A stretch of 64,000 nucleotides of DNA from Dehalococcoidia bacterium (GCA_965207225.1 CBDBLV010000005.1:992001-1056000), one strand, 5' to 3'; shown: positions 1 through 10,300, numbered from the stretch's first letter. Notes: generated by a model not told the origin, from the letters alone. Made by a program: numbers and translations.

Positions 1-204
1 ATTGCGGATCGCCTGCTCGAATACGTCCATACCGCCCTTCTTTTCGGTGTTTTCGATGATGTCCAGGGCGTCGTAGACGATGCGCTGGGCCGTGCTCTTC
101 TTGCCATTCTTCATCGTCTTGTTGATGAATCGGGCCAGCATGAGGCTCTGGTATTTGGGGTCGGGGTCGACCCTTCTCTTTTCGGCTCGTCTCCTTCTCG
201 CCAT
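1..204 (-). CDS. rpsG: 30S ribosomal protein S7 (5' part, runs off window)
   Basis: Manual translation MARRRRAEKRRVDPDPKYQSLMLARFINKTMKNGKKSTAQRIVYDAL...; lies downstream of rpsL. Confidence 0.95.
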   Translation of the reverse strand, partial: MARRRRAEKRRVDPDPKYQSLMLARFINKTMKNGKKSTAQRIVYDALDIIENTEKKGGMDVFEQAIRN

Positions 205-373
205 TTCCTTCTCTACGTTGCCCGTTCAGGGCATAGGTGTAACTTTGCTAAAAAGTCCTTCGGAACTTGTTCCCTAGCGGGCTAGGGTGTCTATCCGGTT
301 GCGGTTGGCCGCCCGAGACTCCGGGTCTCGACGACTCAACCCAGGGTGAGGGCCCCGACTGCCAGTCGTCCGG

Positions 374-787
374 TTAACGGTTTCTCTTTGTCCCGTATTT
401 GCTCCGGCCCTGTTGCCGATTTGCTACTCCGGATGCGTCCAGAGACCCCCTTATTACGTGATACCTTACGCCCGGCAGGTCCTTCACCCTTCCCCCTTCG
501 ATCAGCACAACCGAGTGTTCCTGGAGGTTGTGCCCTTCGCCGGGGATGTACGCCGTGACTTCCATGCCGTTGGTCAGCCTGACCCTGGCCACCTTTCTCA
601 GCGCCGAGTTAGGCTTCTTGGGCGTCACGGTTCTTACGCGTACACAAACTCCCCTCTTCTGGGGGGAGTTGGAGTTCCGCACCTGCCTGTTTTTCAAAGT
701 GTTGTAGGACATGCGAAGAGCCGGAGCCTTGGTCTTCTTGGTGACCTTGGTCCTGCCCTTCCTGATCAGTTGGTTGACTGTAGGCAT
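374..787 (-). CDS. rpsL: 30S ribosomal protein S12
   Basis: MPTVNQL...[16 protein letters not shown]...[12 protein letters not shown] motifs. Confidence 0.99.
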   Translation of the reverse strand: MPTVNQLIRKGRTKVTKKTKAPALRMSYNTLKNRQVRNSNSPQKRGVCVRVRTVTPKKPNSALRKVARVRLTNGMEVTAYIPGEGHNLQEHSVVLIEGGRVKDLPGVRYHVIRGSLDASGVANRQQGRSKYGTKRNR

Positions 788-1128
788 TTCAGTCCTGTCA
801 ACTCCTGCGCTTCGACCCGTGGCTCCGAGTCAATTGCGCGCTAATCGAATTAACGAATGACGACCTGTGGCCGCGAATGGCGAGTCTACCAGCACAAGGG
901 TGGAGTGTCAAGAGAAAAGCCCGGCTTTTGGTGCGTAATCCGCTATCCTTCCACTCGCCTGGCTAAGTAAATTGTCCGAAGTCCCCAGCCCTCGGGCCAT
1001 CCCGCAGTTTGATTAATGCAAAGCTGCTTTGTAACCTGCCGGAGAGATGTTGAGTAGATTTCCACAATTATTCTGCTGTCCAAGGTGTTTAAGGCCGGAT
1101 TGGTGGGCTACTCGACCCTGCCTGTGAT

Positions 1129-1671
1129 ATGCTTCCGGCGTATCTTCCGATGTGCTTCATCAGGAAAAAGCCAGTGAATGACGCCGAGAAAGAAACTCTT
1201 GACCTCGCCTACGAGATGATCGTACCCGCTTACGATTGGTCTTTACGTAGGATCGCCTCTGCTGAGAGTCGAATAGACAGACTTATCACCCTAATCGTCA
1301 TCGTGACGGTTGCGTTTCCGGTGGCAGTGATGGCTCTGGCCAAGGAGGGTTCCATATCGACATCGGCCCTTTCTCTAACTTTGGGCTCCTGTGCATTGGC
1401 CCTGGCAGTCTTTGCAGTCGGCTTTCTCATATATACGCGCGAGCTGGGACGCGTACAGTATGCGATGCCGGAAACCCTTACCCGTGAGGAACTGCTTTCA
1501 GCCGCAGCAGAAGACTTCAGAAGGGAAGTCCTGGAGCAAGCGAGAAATTCTATTCAAGAGATGAAATCAATGATCGAAAGGCGGTCCTGGCGCACGGACT
1601 GGATGACTGGAGTCTTCGGGCTGGAGGTCATATTTGGCATCACGTGGGGGGCACTTCAGTTCGTTGATTAA
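1129..1671 (+). CDS. hypothetical membrane protein (about 3 TM segments; start may be GTG 1175)
   Basis: ORF with hydrophobic segments; no family recognised. Confidence 0.6.
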   Translation: MLPAYLPMCFIRKKPVNDAEKETLDLAYEMIVPAYDWSLRRIASAESRIDRLITLIVIVTVAFPVAVMALAKEGSISTSALSLTLGSCALALAVFAVGFLIYTRELGRVQYAMPETLTREELLSAAAEDFRREVLEQARNSIQEMKSMIERRSWRTDWMTGVFGLEVIFGITWGALQFVD

Positions 1672-1768
1672 AGCGCCTGAGTAAACCTAAATGGCGTAAG
1701 ATCACTTCGTGCCCTGTGCATTGCTGATTCCCGCCGGCTAGGGGTGCCGGATCCGGAGCCGGCAACCT

Positions 1769-2416
1769 TCAGAAGTCTGTTGTTTCCAACCCCTCCTCCA
1801 CTCCCGACTCCACCCTCTCCGGACACTCCTCTTTCGATATCTGGCAAAAGCCGCACTCCATCGCGCTGGGGGTCTTCAGCAAAGCCTCTCCTTGGCTAAT
1901 TCTCCGAATCAACGAGGCCAGCCTATCGATGAACTGCTCATCGACGGCGGACGCAGGGATCGGCACCTCGTAGTCTCGGTATACGACCATTCCATCGAAG
2001 GCCATGTCCCTGTACTGGCCCAGGGCCCGAGGCAGGGCGTACATGTAGGTCATCACCTGGACGTGGTCCGATGCCGTGGGTTGGCCGGTCTTGACGTCGT
2101 AGATGACTCCCTTTTTCCCGGAAAGGGCGATGAGGTCAGGCTTGCCCCCGAGCGTCGCGCTGCTACCCCTCAAGGCGAACCGGTTCTGCTTTTCCACGAA
2201 GACCGTATGGCCTTCGCACTGGAGCCGGTCCCGCACCTGGTTCAGCAGCACAGTATGGTTCATCTGCCATGTCGCGCTGTCGAAATCGTCGGGCGCCCGA
2301 CGGAAGTTAGTGTAGTGGGCCCTGAACCAAGCCGCCCATTCGCACGAGTTCTCCCCGACCAGCAGCTTGGTCAGCCATGTTACCCATATATAGGGATAGT
2401 CACGCTTAGTGGTCAT
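1769..2416 (-). CDS. PD-(D/E)XK nuclease, Cas4/AddB-like with Fe-S cysteine pattern
   Basis: GKPDLI...YDVKTG, QVxxY motif, N-terminal Cys plus C-terminal CxxCxxxxxxC. Confidence 0.8.
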   Translation of the reverse strand: MTTKRDYPYIWVTWLTKLLVGENSCEWAAWFRAHYTNFRRAPDDFDSATWQMNHTVLLNQVRDRLQCEGHTVFVEKQNRFALRGSSATLGGKPDLIALSGKKGVIYDVKTGQPTASDHVQVMTYMYALPRALGQYRDMAFDGMVVYRDYEVPIPASAVDEQFIDRLASLIRRISQGEALLKTPSAMECGFCQISKEECPERVESGVEEGLETTDF

Positions 2417-2562
2417 TGCATTCCTCGCAGGTCATGATAGCAATACGCCGCCTACGGGCAAATGCCTTACGGGAATCCTTGCGAAATGAGTACGTTGAAA
2501 TGATATACTTGGCGACGAATTCCCCGCCGCAGCGGCGCACGAATTGCGGGTTCGGGGGCCGG

Positions 2563-3276
2563 ATGGACAAACTCGTAAAAGGGGCCCGAGCCCTGGGCCT
2601 GGAACTCTCCCAAGACCAGCTTCGGCAATTCCGTATCTATATGGAAAAGCTGCGAGAGTCGAACCGCAAAGCGAACCTGACAAGCATAACGACAGCGGAG
2701 GACATCCAGCTCAAGCACTTTGTAGATTCCCTTACCGTGGCCCTGATGCTGCCCTCTCCATCGCGACAGAGAATGAGGCTGCTGGACGTGGGGAGCGGGG
2801 CGGGGTTCCCGGGTGTGCCCCTGAAGATAGCAAGAGAAGACATTTCACTTGTCCTGCTGGATTCGATAGGCAAGAAGACCAGCTTCCTGGAACAGTTGGC
2901 CCGAGACTTGGACCTGGAGGATGTGACAGTGCTCAACGGCCGCGCCGAGACCCTCGCCCGCCGCCAGGACCTGCGGGAGTCCTTCGACTTCGTCGTGGCC
3001 AGGGCAGTGGCGCCCCTCTCAGCATTGCTGGAATTCACCTTGCCCTTTTGCCGGGTTGGGGGCAAGGTGGTTGCCCAGAAGGTACACACTTACACCCGAG
3101 AACCGGGGGATTTTCGCAAGGCTCTCTCGGAACTCGGGGGTGAGTTCCTGCAGGACGCCCCGGTTGAGGTTCAAGGGCTAGGCCCGGGGCGCAGACTTCT
3201 CTTATTCAAAAAGATCGCCACAACTCCCCAGAAGTATCCCCGCAGGCCCGGCCTGCCCCTTAAGCGACCTCTCTGA
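2563..3276 (+). CDS. rsmG: 16S rRNA m7G527 methyltransferase
   Basis: NLTSI, HFVDSL, LDVGSGAGFPG, GRAE, ARAVA, YPRRPG motifs. Confidence 0.95.
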   Translation: MDKLVKGARALGLELSQDQLRQFRIYMEKLRESNRKANLTSITTAEDIQLKHFVDSLTVALMLPSPSRQRMRLLDVGSGAGFPGVPLKIAREDISLVLLDSIGKKTSFLEQLARDLDLEDVTVLNGRAETLARRQDLRESFDFVVARAVAPLSALLEFTLPFCRVGGKVVAQKVHTYTREPGDFRKALSELGGEFLQDAPVEVQGLGPGRRLLLFKKIATTPQKYPRRPGLPLKRPL

Positions 3277-3277
3277 C

Positions 3278-4363
3278 ATGAAAGAACGCGAGGACATAGA
3301 GGCCAAACCGGAGGACTCGGAGCCCGAGACCTCGGAGCAGCGACAGGGCAGGAACGCCCTCACCTCGGCGTCCCTTTGTCGCCGCTTTCTGAGCGCGCGG
3401 AATGTAATCGCCCTCGCCATCGCCGGGTCTCTGATGTATTTCCTTCTGGTCCAGTTTGACCTGGACCTCGAAAGCACATGGCTGGAACTACAACGTACAG
3501 ACCCCGTCTGGTACGCCGCCGCTTTTGCAATTTACTACCTGAATTTCCCCATAAGGTCCATACGATGGCGCGTCCTGCTGGAGGACTCGGGCTGCGAAGA
3601 GATAAACGCCCCCAACAAAGTGTCCATCCTCACCCTGTCGGAGATCGGGTACTTGGGCTGGTACCTGAACTCTGTTTCCGTGTTCAGAATGGGTTTTGTT
3701 TACCGCTGCTACCAGTTGACCAGCCGACTCAAGGCGAGTCTTGCCCTCATAGTCGGGTCCCTTTTTGCCGAGCGGATCCTGGACACGGTAGTAACCTTGG
3801 GGTTGATCGGGTTTGCCGCTCTGTTCCTGCTGAGCAACTATTGGAACCCGGTGCTCACTTACATACTGCTCGGTGGTCTGGTCACGACCGTTGTCCTTGC
3901 CGGTGTGCCGATAGCCATGCTGGTTACCGGCAAAGGCATCACCCGTTTCCTCCCCGCCAAGCTTAAGGGCGGCTACGATGGCTTCAGGGAAGGCACTCTC
4001 AACAGTTTCCACCGCTGGCCCCGACTCACAGTTCTCAGCATCGCCGTCTGGTGCTGCGAGACGGCCCGGCTCCTCTTCGTAGTCTATTCTCTCGGCCTCG
4101 ACGTGGACATTTCGATAGTGGTGTTCGTAGCCCTGGGGACGTCGATTATTACCACGTTCCCCATTACACCCGGGGGCATTGGACTCGTTGAGGCGGGAAT
4201 GACGGGGGTCCTCGCCATTGTGCTTTCTCCCGAGGAGGCCTTGTCCGTGACCCTTCTCGACCGCTCCATTAACTTCCTCAGCGTCATAGGCTTGGGAAGC
4301 CTGCTTCTTCTGGCCCGAAGTGGATATTCTCTGCGTCGAGGCGCTCTTAAAGCCACCCGATAA
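3278..4363 (+). CDS. lysylphosphatidylglycerol synthase TM-domain / flippase-like protein (UPF0104)
   Basis: RSIRW, ERILD, PITPGGIGLVE motifs; multiple TM segments. Confidence 0.85.
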   Translation: MKEREDIEAKPEDSEPETSEQRQGRNALTSASLCRRFLSARNVIALAIAGSLMYFLLVQFDLDLESTWLELQRTDPVWYAAAFAIYYLNFPIRSIRWRVLLEDSGCEEINAPNKVSILTLSEIGYLGWYLNSVSVFRMGFVYRCYQLTSRLKASLALIVGSLFAERILDTVVTLGLIGFAALFLLSNYWNPVLTYILLGGLVTTVVLAGVPIAMLVTGKGITRFLPAKLKGGYDGFREGTLNSFHRWPRLTVLSIAVWCCETARLLFVVYSLGLDVDISIVVFVALGTSIITTFPITPGGIGLVEAGMTGVLAIVLSPEEALSVTLLDRSINFLSVIGLGSLLLLARSGYSLRRGALKATR

Positions 4364-4378
4364 GTGGCTCCCTACATT

Positions 4379-4412
4379 ACAATAGGGGCCTCTGAACAAT
4401 AGGGGCCTCTGA
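4379..4412 (+). repeat. 17 bp tandem duplication ACAATAGGGGCCTCTGA
   Basis: Two adjacent copies seen in the intergenic region. Confidence 0.7.
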
Positions 4413-4524
4413 CACTGCTCTAATGCGGTTGCATGCCACGATTGCTTGAGCACATATCGAAGGAACAGACAGCATTGAGTTTGATTGACACCCGACGCGA
4501 AAGTTCGATACGGAGAAGTGCACC

Positions 4525-5466
4525 ATGAAGAAGGTTGTATTCGCAGATCTCGGGGGCATGATCCCCTTTGAGTCCGACCCCCTCGCAGATATCGCTGAGA
4601 CCAGCTACTTTTACGACCTCCCGTCCGCCGAGGATTTCGTGGCTCGGTGCCAGGGCGCCGAGGCCATCTGTTGGAGCTGGATTAACCTCACCCACGAAAT
4701 GCTCGACGCAATGCCCGACCTGAAGATGATCTGCTACTTGGGCATCGGGCCCCAGACCCAGATCGACATGAAATACGCTTGGAACAAGGGCATAACCCTG
4801 TGCAACACCCCCCACTATGGCGACGAAGCCGTTGCCGAGCACGCCATCGCCCTGATGTTCGCCCTTGCCCGAAAAGTGGTAAACGCTGACAAATCAATGC
4901 GCGAAAGCAAGTGGGAACGGTTTGGCGGGTCCGGGATCAAGGGTGCGACCATGGGCATACTGGGGCTCGGGGGCCTGGGCTCCGAGCTTGCCGCCATTGG
5001 CAACGGGCTCGGCATGAACGTGATTTGCACCACCCGAAACCCGTCCGATGAACGTGCCAAGGCCCACAACGTGGAGTTCGTTTCCCTGGACGAGTTGATG
5101 TCCCGCTCAGATTACGTCCAGCTCGCGCCCGTCCTCAACGATGACACGACGGGAATAATTGGTGAACGTGAGCTCGGCCTGATGAAGGAAGGCGCCCATC
5201 TCGTCAACGTGTCTCGGGGCCAGGTGGTGCAGCAGAACGCTTTGATCAAGGCCCTCGAGTCGGGACAGCTGGCCGGCTTCGCCACCGATGTCTATGCCGA
5301 GGAACCCGCCACCGACGAACCGCTGCGCCACTTTGAAAACGCGGTACTCACCCCCCACATCGCCTACGACACCCCCGCCGCCATCATCAACATGACCAAC
5401 ATCGCTGCGGATACGATTCGGGCCTACCTGAACGGAAGCCCGATAAATGTGCTCGGGCCGGATTAA
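4525..5466 (+). CDS. D-isomer-specific 2-hydroxyacid dehydrogenase
   Basis: GILGLGGLG Rossmann motif, VNVSRG, DVYAEEP, LTPHIA. Confidence 0.93.
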   Translation: MKKVVFADLGGMIPFESDPLADIAETSYFYDLPSAEDFVARCQGAEAICWSWINLTHEMLDAMPDLKMICYLGIGPQTQIDMKYAWNKGITLCNTPHYGDEAVAEHAIALMFALARKVVNADKSMRESKWERFGGSGIKGATMGILGLGGLGSELAAIGNGLGMNVICTTRNPSDERAKAHNVEFVSLDELMSRSDYVQLAPVLNDDTTGIIGERELGLMKEGAHLVNVSRGQVVQQNALIKALESGQLAGFATDVYAEEPATDEPLRHFENAVLTPHIAYDTPAAIINMTNIAADTIRAYLNGSPINVLGPD

Positions 5467-5566
5467 GGGTGGATAGGTGATCAGGAATCTGCAACCGTGA
5501 GTTGAGATGGTTTCAAGCTGAGTTATCTCGATTCACCAAGTGTGAGTCCCACAAAGGGCGAGTCCA

Positions 5567-5767
5567 CTAAGCCCACAGCTTCACCACCGCCGCAATCACT
5601 GCGCCTACCATCGGAGTTAGCAGCAGTCCCAGCACCCATTTGAGGGTGCGCAACTCACCCTTAAGCTCGCTAAGGTCTGACCTCGTAGCTGTGTGTTCGT
5701 AAACGGCTTCCAGATAGGCCACGCGCTCCGCTAAACTGTCCCCAGCCCTGATTGGCTGGGGCGCCAT
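5567..5767 (-). CDS. small coiled-coil membrane-anchored protein (DUF1640/CCDC90-like)
   Basis: ATRSDL..LKGEL..LKW followed by a TM helix; SD GGAGG upstream. Confidence 0.6.
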   Translation of the reverse strand: MAPQPIRAGDSLAERVAYLEAVYEHTATRSDLSELKGELRTLKWVLGLLLTPMVGAVIAAVVKLWA

Positions 5768-5782
5768 ACATTCAGCCTCCGC

Positions 5783-6022
5783 CTAGGCCCGTACGACATG
5801 CAGGTCCCTTAGACGTCGCATGGCCTCCGATGCCTCCTTAGCCTCTTCATCGCCTTGCTCGCCGAGTTCAGAAGCTCGCTCGATCGCTTCATCCAACTTA
5901 CTGTAATACTCGGCCTCGTTGACTCCTGCGTCATGGTCCCACGAATGCACCCAATACCTGTCAAAGGTATCCGTGCCGTCCTTCGAAGAATAATAGGAAA
6001 AGCGGTGCTTACGCTTTAGCAT
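5783..6022 (-). CDS. hypothetical protein
   Basis: ATG at 6022 with GGAGG SD; 79 aa. Confidence 0.5.
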   Translation of the reverse strand: MLKRKHRFSYYSSKDGTDTFDRYWVHSWDHDAGVNEAEYYSKLDEAIERASELGEQGDEEAKEASEAMRRLRDLHVVRA

Positions 6023-6090
6023 AAGGCCTCCATGACATCCATGTTTGACATTACAATAATACAGTTGGAGTAATTGCAAGTCCAATAGTT

Positions 6091-6177
6091 TGGTGCCGAG
6101 GAAGGGGTTCGAACCCTTATGGGATTACTCCCAACGGATTTTAAGTCCGTCGCGTCTGCCAATTCCGCCACCTCGGC
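6091..6177 (-). tRNA. tRNA-Leu(TAA)
   Basis: Cloverleaf with long variable arm, anticodon TAA, CCA end. Confidence 0.96.
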
Positions 6178-6244
6178 CCGCATAACTTCTTCATTATAAA
6201 GAGACGCAGGCCCGATTTACCGGGCCTGCGCTCTTTCTTCCTTT

Positions 6245-6319
6245 TGGAGGCGACGGGCGGATTCGAACCGCCGATAGAGGTTTTGCAGACCCCCGCCTTA
6301 ACCACTTGGCTACGTCGCC
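6245..6319 (-). tRNA. tRNA-Cys(GCA)
   Basis: GGCGACGTAGCCAAGTGG...CTGCAAA...TTCGAATCC...CCA. Confidence 0.96.
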
Positions 6320-6320
6320 C

Positions 6321-6395
6321 TGGAGCGGAAGACGGGATTCGAACCCGCGACCCTCTCCTTGGCAAGGAGATGCTCTACCACTGAGCCACTTCCGC
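6321..6395 (-). tRNA. tRNA-Gly(GCC)
   Basis: GCGGAAGTGGCTCAGTGG...TTGCCAA...TTCGAATCCC...CCA. Confidence 0.96.
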
Positions 6396-6418
6396 TTGTA
6401 TGTTGTCCTGTTAAGGTT

Positions 6419-6505
6419 TGGTGCCGAGGAGGAGATTTGAACTCCTACGAGCTTTCGCTCACTGCCCCCTCAAGACAGCGTGTCTACCGATTCCACCACC
6501 TCGGC
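6419..6505 (-). tRNA. tRNA-Leu(GAG)
   Basis: Long variable arm, anticodon GAG, CCA end. Confidence 0.95.
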
Positions 6506-6601
6506 AAGCAGATTTTCTCTCCTCCCTTGCTCGCCCTCGACCCCCTTATCTTGTTGCCGAGGCCGTCACGATCATATCACTCCCAGCCCGGCCTTTTCGA
6601 A

Positions 6602-6677
6602 TGGCAGGAGTGGGAGGACTCGAACCCCCGACCTGCGGTTTTGGAGACCGCTGCTCTTCCAGCTGAGCTACACTCCT
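6602..6677 (-). tRNA. tRNA-Trp(CCA)
   Basis: AGGAGTGTAGCTCAG...CTCCAAA...TTCGAGTCC...CCA. Confidence 0.96.
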
Positions 6678-6765
6678 ACAGGGGCCTTGCAGCGAACGAT
6701 TTTACCACCACCCCCAAAATCCCGTCAAACCAAAATCTCTGTGCGAGAGCGTTTCGGTGTAGTCG

Positions 6766-8007
6766 TCAGTCGGCCTTTGCCAAGGCCAGCGTTACCTCGT
6801 AGAGAACGTCGAGTCCGGGAAGGATATCCTCCCAGTAGGTCAGCTCGTCCGGCGAGTGGCTCTTGCCCCCGACGCTCGGCACGAAGATCATGCCCGCATT
6901 GGTCACCTGCGCGATGTGCGAAGTATCGTGTACGGCCCGGCTGTAGGCGTCCATACGGTCAAGCCCCAGCTTGTCGCAGGCCGACGCAATGGCCGACTTC
7001 ACCTCCCCCGACATCTCAACCGCCGGTATGTACTCAAGGTTTTCGATGTCGAATTCCACCCCCCGTTCCAGCGCAACCGCGGTAATCATGTCGTCGATGT
7101 CCTGGATTGCGGCGTCCAATGTGGCGGGCGAGGTATCCCGGACGTCTGTGGTGAAGGTGACCTCGTTGGGCACGATGTTCATCGCGCCGGGCTTCACCTG
7201 CACGATCCCGACCGTGCACACAAGAGACCCGCTCGGGTCCCCCCGCCCGACCCGCTCTATCTCTTGGACCATGCGGGCCACGGGGACCAGCGCGTCGGTG
7301 CGTCGGTCCATGGGGGTTGCGCCTGCATGGTCGGCCACCCCGTAGACCCTGACCCGCTTGTGGCTCGACCCCGTGATGGCCTGGACTATCCCGATTGGCT
7401 TCGAGTTCTCCTCCAGCTTCCCGCTCTGCTCCACATGAAGCTCTATGAAACTCTTCACCTCGCCTTCGCGAAGCTGGATGTCTTCCGTCGTGCCCGAGGT
7501 CTCGATGCCCTTCAACGCCTCGGTTAGTGTAACCCCATCGTCATCCCTGATGTCCTTGATCTCGTCCCACTCGATCCGACCCGCCATCACAGCGCTGCCC
7601 AGGGTCCCCTTCCGAAAGCGTGCACCCTCCTCGTCGGTAAAAACCACAACCTCAATGGGGTGCAAAGTCTCGATGCCCTCGTCGTTGAGTGTGCGGACTA
7701 TCTCCAATGGGCCCATGACGCCCGTGGGGCCGTCGTAGTCCCCTCCATTGGGAACGCTGTCAATATGAGAGCCCATCATCACGATGGGCGCCCCCGGGTC
7801 CCGGTCCCGACCCTCCCTCCGCGCCCGGATGTTGCCTATAGCGTCCACCCGCACCTCCAACCCGATACTCTCCATGATCCCTATAGTCAACTCCCGGCCT
7901 TCGATGTCGGCCGGTGAAAGCGCAAACCTCGACACCCCTCCCTCCGGCACCCGGCCGATCTTCGCCAGGGCCTGCATGTCGTTTTTGAACCGTTCCAGAT
8001 TGGGCAT
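6766..8007 (-). CDS. M20 family Zn amidohydrolase (N-carbamoyl-L-amino acid / allantoate amidohydrolase-like)
   Basis: GSHIDSVPNGG.YDG, DEEG.RF, ELHVEQ, HAGATPM, GKSHSPDE. Confidence 0.92.
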   Translation of the reverse strand: MPNLERFKNDMQALAKIGRVPEGGVSRFALSPADIEGRELTIGIMESIGLEVRVDAIGNIRARREGRDRDPGAPIVMMGSHIDSVPNGGDYDGPTGVMGPLEIVRTLNDEGIETLHPIEVVVFTDEEGARFRKGTLGSAVMAGRIEWDEIKDIRDDDGVTLTEALKGIETSGTTEDIQLREGEVKSFIELHVEQSGKLEENSKPIGIVQAITGSSHKRVRVYGVADHAGATPMDRRTDALVPVARMVQEIERVGRGDPSGSLVCTVGIVQVKPGAMNIVPNEVTFTTDVRDTSPATLDAAIQDIDDMITAVALERGVEFDIENLEYIPAVEMSGEVKSAIASACDKLGLDRMDAYSRAVHDTSHIAQVTNAGMIFVPSVGGKSHSPDELTYWEDILPGLDVLYEVTLALAKAD

Positions 8008-8032
8008 TGAAGAACTCTCCTAGTTGTTCTGG

Positions 8033-9703
8033 TTAAAACGAACCGTCAATAACGGCATCCACCAGCGCCGGCTTACCTGAGGCCAGCGCCCTCTCAATGG
8101 CGGGCCGGACTTCGTCACCCTTGGTGACCTGCACGCCGTCTATCCCGAGACTCTCGGCGATCCTGGCAAAGTTCAAAGCCGGACCTCCTAGGTCTACGGA
8201 ATGGAGCTTGGCCCGGGCCTCGGGGCCCAGGACGCGCATGGTGTTCAGCTTGAGTATTCGGTAGGTGGCGTTGTTGCATATGACCCAGACCACGGGAATC
8301 TGGTGGTGAGCAGCTGTCCAAAGGCCCTGTATGGAATACATGGCGTTGCCGTCGCCCACCACCCCGACCACCGGCCTGTCCGGCCAGGCGAGCTTGACCC
8401 CCATAGCCATCGGCAACGCATCCCCGAGACTGCCGTCGTTGTCCCGGACCGCCAGGTAAGACTCCGCATCCCCGAAATCGATCAGGTCCCTTAATGCCAT
8501 AGATGCGGTAATCCCGCCGTCGACTATTACCGTGTCCTCGGGAATAGCCTCCTTTAACTCCATCATGAGTCGGGAGTCCGACATCGGGTCGCTGTCCCTG
8601 CGGCTGTGAGCCCTCTCCCAGATCACCTCTCGCCTTCTCTGGTTGGAGTCTGCAATTCGTGCCGCACGCTCCCGGGCCCCGGCCTTGGCATCGCCGGTCA
8701 TCTTCTCCTCGACCGCCTTGTTCAACTCGATAAGAGCGGCCTTGATATCGGCCAGGATCCCGATGTCCGTGGGCTGGTTCTTGCCTATCTCCCAGGGGTC
8801 AGTGTCTAGGTGAATGACCTTTGAGGACGGGTTGATGATTTCGTCTGGTGTGTAAAAGAGCTGCGACACGAAATTCGCGCCGATGGACATGACCACGTCG
8901 GCGTCTTTGAGCACCTCGTGGGCCTGGGGAACGTCGGTCCACATGCCGCCCTCAAAGAGCGGATGATCAGAGGGGAAGGCGTTTTCGGCCCGGATCCGGT
9001 TCTCCGTCACCCGTGCTCCGACTAGCTCAGCCAGTTCCACAGCCTCCCCCAGCGCCCCGCACCTCGAAACCCGGAACCCGAGGAATAACACAGGGCTCTT
9101 TGCCCCGGCGAGTAACGTCGCCGCCTGGTCTATGGCTGCGGGGTCGGGCCTGAGCCCCGGGGCCACCCAAGTCGGTCTCCCGACCTCAATATCCGCCTCC
9201 CTGCTCAGCACGTCCTGGGGCAGGGAAAGGAAGGTAGGGCCCTGGGGCTGCTGGCCTGACATCTTGAATGCCCGGTGAAACATCAACGGAATGTCTTGCG
9301 GGTGCTGTACCTCGGCGCTCCACTTCGTAAAGGCCTTCGTCATCCCGACCAGGTCGCCCGACAGGCCTGGCTCCCGCTGGATGAGCCGGGTGTCCTGCTG
9401 GCCCGCAGTCACCACCATGTTGAAGTCGGCGACGTTGGCGTTGTACAGGGCGCTTATGGCGTTCGCGACACCCGGCGCGGTGTGAACGTTGACGAATCCC
9501 GTCTTCCCGGACGCCCAGGAATACCCACCCGCCATCCCCATCGCCACCGTCTCGTGAAGCGCCAGCATGTACTTGATGCGCGGGTGTTCGTAGAGGGCGT
9601 CCATAAAGACGACCTCCGTCGAGCCGGGATTCCCGAACACGTACTCGACATCATGAGCGTCAAGCACCTTCATCAGGGCGTCTATGCCTGTCATTCTGGG
9701 CAT
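8033..9703 (-). CDS. ThDP-dependent enzyme (benzoylformate decarboxylase-like)
   Basis: FGNPGSTE, HE, HTAPG, GDG...NN ThDP motif. Confidence 0.9.
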   Translation of the reverse strand: MPRMTGIDALMKVLDAHDVEYVFGNPGSTEVVFMDALYEHPRIKYMLALHETVAMGMAGGYSWASGKTGFVNVHTAPGVANAISALYNANVADFNMVVTAGQQDTRLIQREPGLSGDLVGMTKAFTKWSAEVQHPQDIPLMFHRAFKMSGQQPQGPTFLSLPQDVLSREADIEVGRPTWVAPGLRPDPAAIDQAATLLAGAKSPVLFLGFRVSRCGALGEAVELAELVGARVTENRIRAENAFPSDHPLFEGGMWTDVPQAHEVLKDADVVMSIGANFVSQLFYTPDEIINPSSKVIHLDTDPWEIGKNQPTDIGILADIKAALIELNKAVEEKMTGDAKAGARERAARIADSNQRRREVIWERAHSRRDSDPMSDSRLMMELKEAIPEDTVIVDGGITASMALRDLIDFGDAESYLAVRDNDGSLGDALPMAMGVKLAWPDRPVVGVVGDGNAMYSIQGLWTAAHHQIPVVWVICNNATYRILKLNTMRVLGPEARAKLHSVDLGGPALNFARIAESLGIDGVQVTKGDEVRPAIERALASGKPALVDAVIDGSF

Positions 9704-9841
9704 GTGCAGTTCCTTTAATGGGACTGGGGTATCGGTGGGAATGGTAACACAGGCTTCATTACCCCTCCCGTTGACGCCCCTCCCCCCGCACCCTACACTT
9801 TCCCCCTGCTTCTAACTGTGCAATTGAAGAGAGGTGGCCCC

Positions 9842-10300
9842 ATGCAACTCAGCGAGCGACTGGAAGAATTCCTGAAGAAGCCGAACCTCGGCATCCTTGC
9901 CACCCTGCGCAAGGACGGCTCCCCTCACCTGACCGTCGTCTGGTACGAGTGGAGCAACGGCGAGGTCCTTCTCACCGTCACCGACACCCGGGTCAAGTAC
10001 AAGAACGTCCTGCGAGACCCCCGGGTCTCCCTCGCCGTCACCGCCAACGAACACCCATATAAGGAAGTGGTATTGGAGGGCATCGCCGAGGTCACCGCGG
10101 AGGGCGGCCCCGAGCTGTTCCGCCGCCTCGCGCTCAGGTACGACGGCCCCGTAGAAGGCGACAAGTATGCTAACTACTCCAACTCCCGGGACAACCGGCT
10201 GGTCATGAAGTTCAAACCCACCCGTATCATGCGCTGGGACTTCGCCCACGAGGATGACGACCACAACCCCTGGGGCTACGACCGTAACCTCGGGACATAA
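9842..10300 (+). CDS. PPOX-class F420-dependent oxidoreductase
   Basis: LATLRKDGSPH..VW, K.KN..RDPRVSL; TTGACG-17-TACACT promoter upstream. Confidence 0.88.
   Translation: MQLSERLEEFLKKPNLGILATLRKDGSPHLTVVWYEWSNGEVLLTVTDTRVKYKNVLRDPRVSLAVTANEHPYKEVVLEGIAEVTAEGGPELFRRLALRYDGPVEGDKYANYSNSRDNRLVMKFKPTRIMRWDFAHEDDDHNPWGYDRNLGT

Noticed and set aside
1769-2416. CRISPR-Cas locus
   Set aside because: No array, cas1 or cas2 anywhere in the window
6141-7085. ORFs overlapping the tRNA cluster
   Set aside because: Spurious frames across tRNA genes
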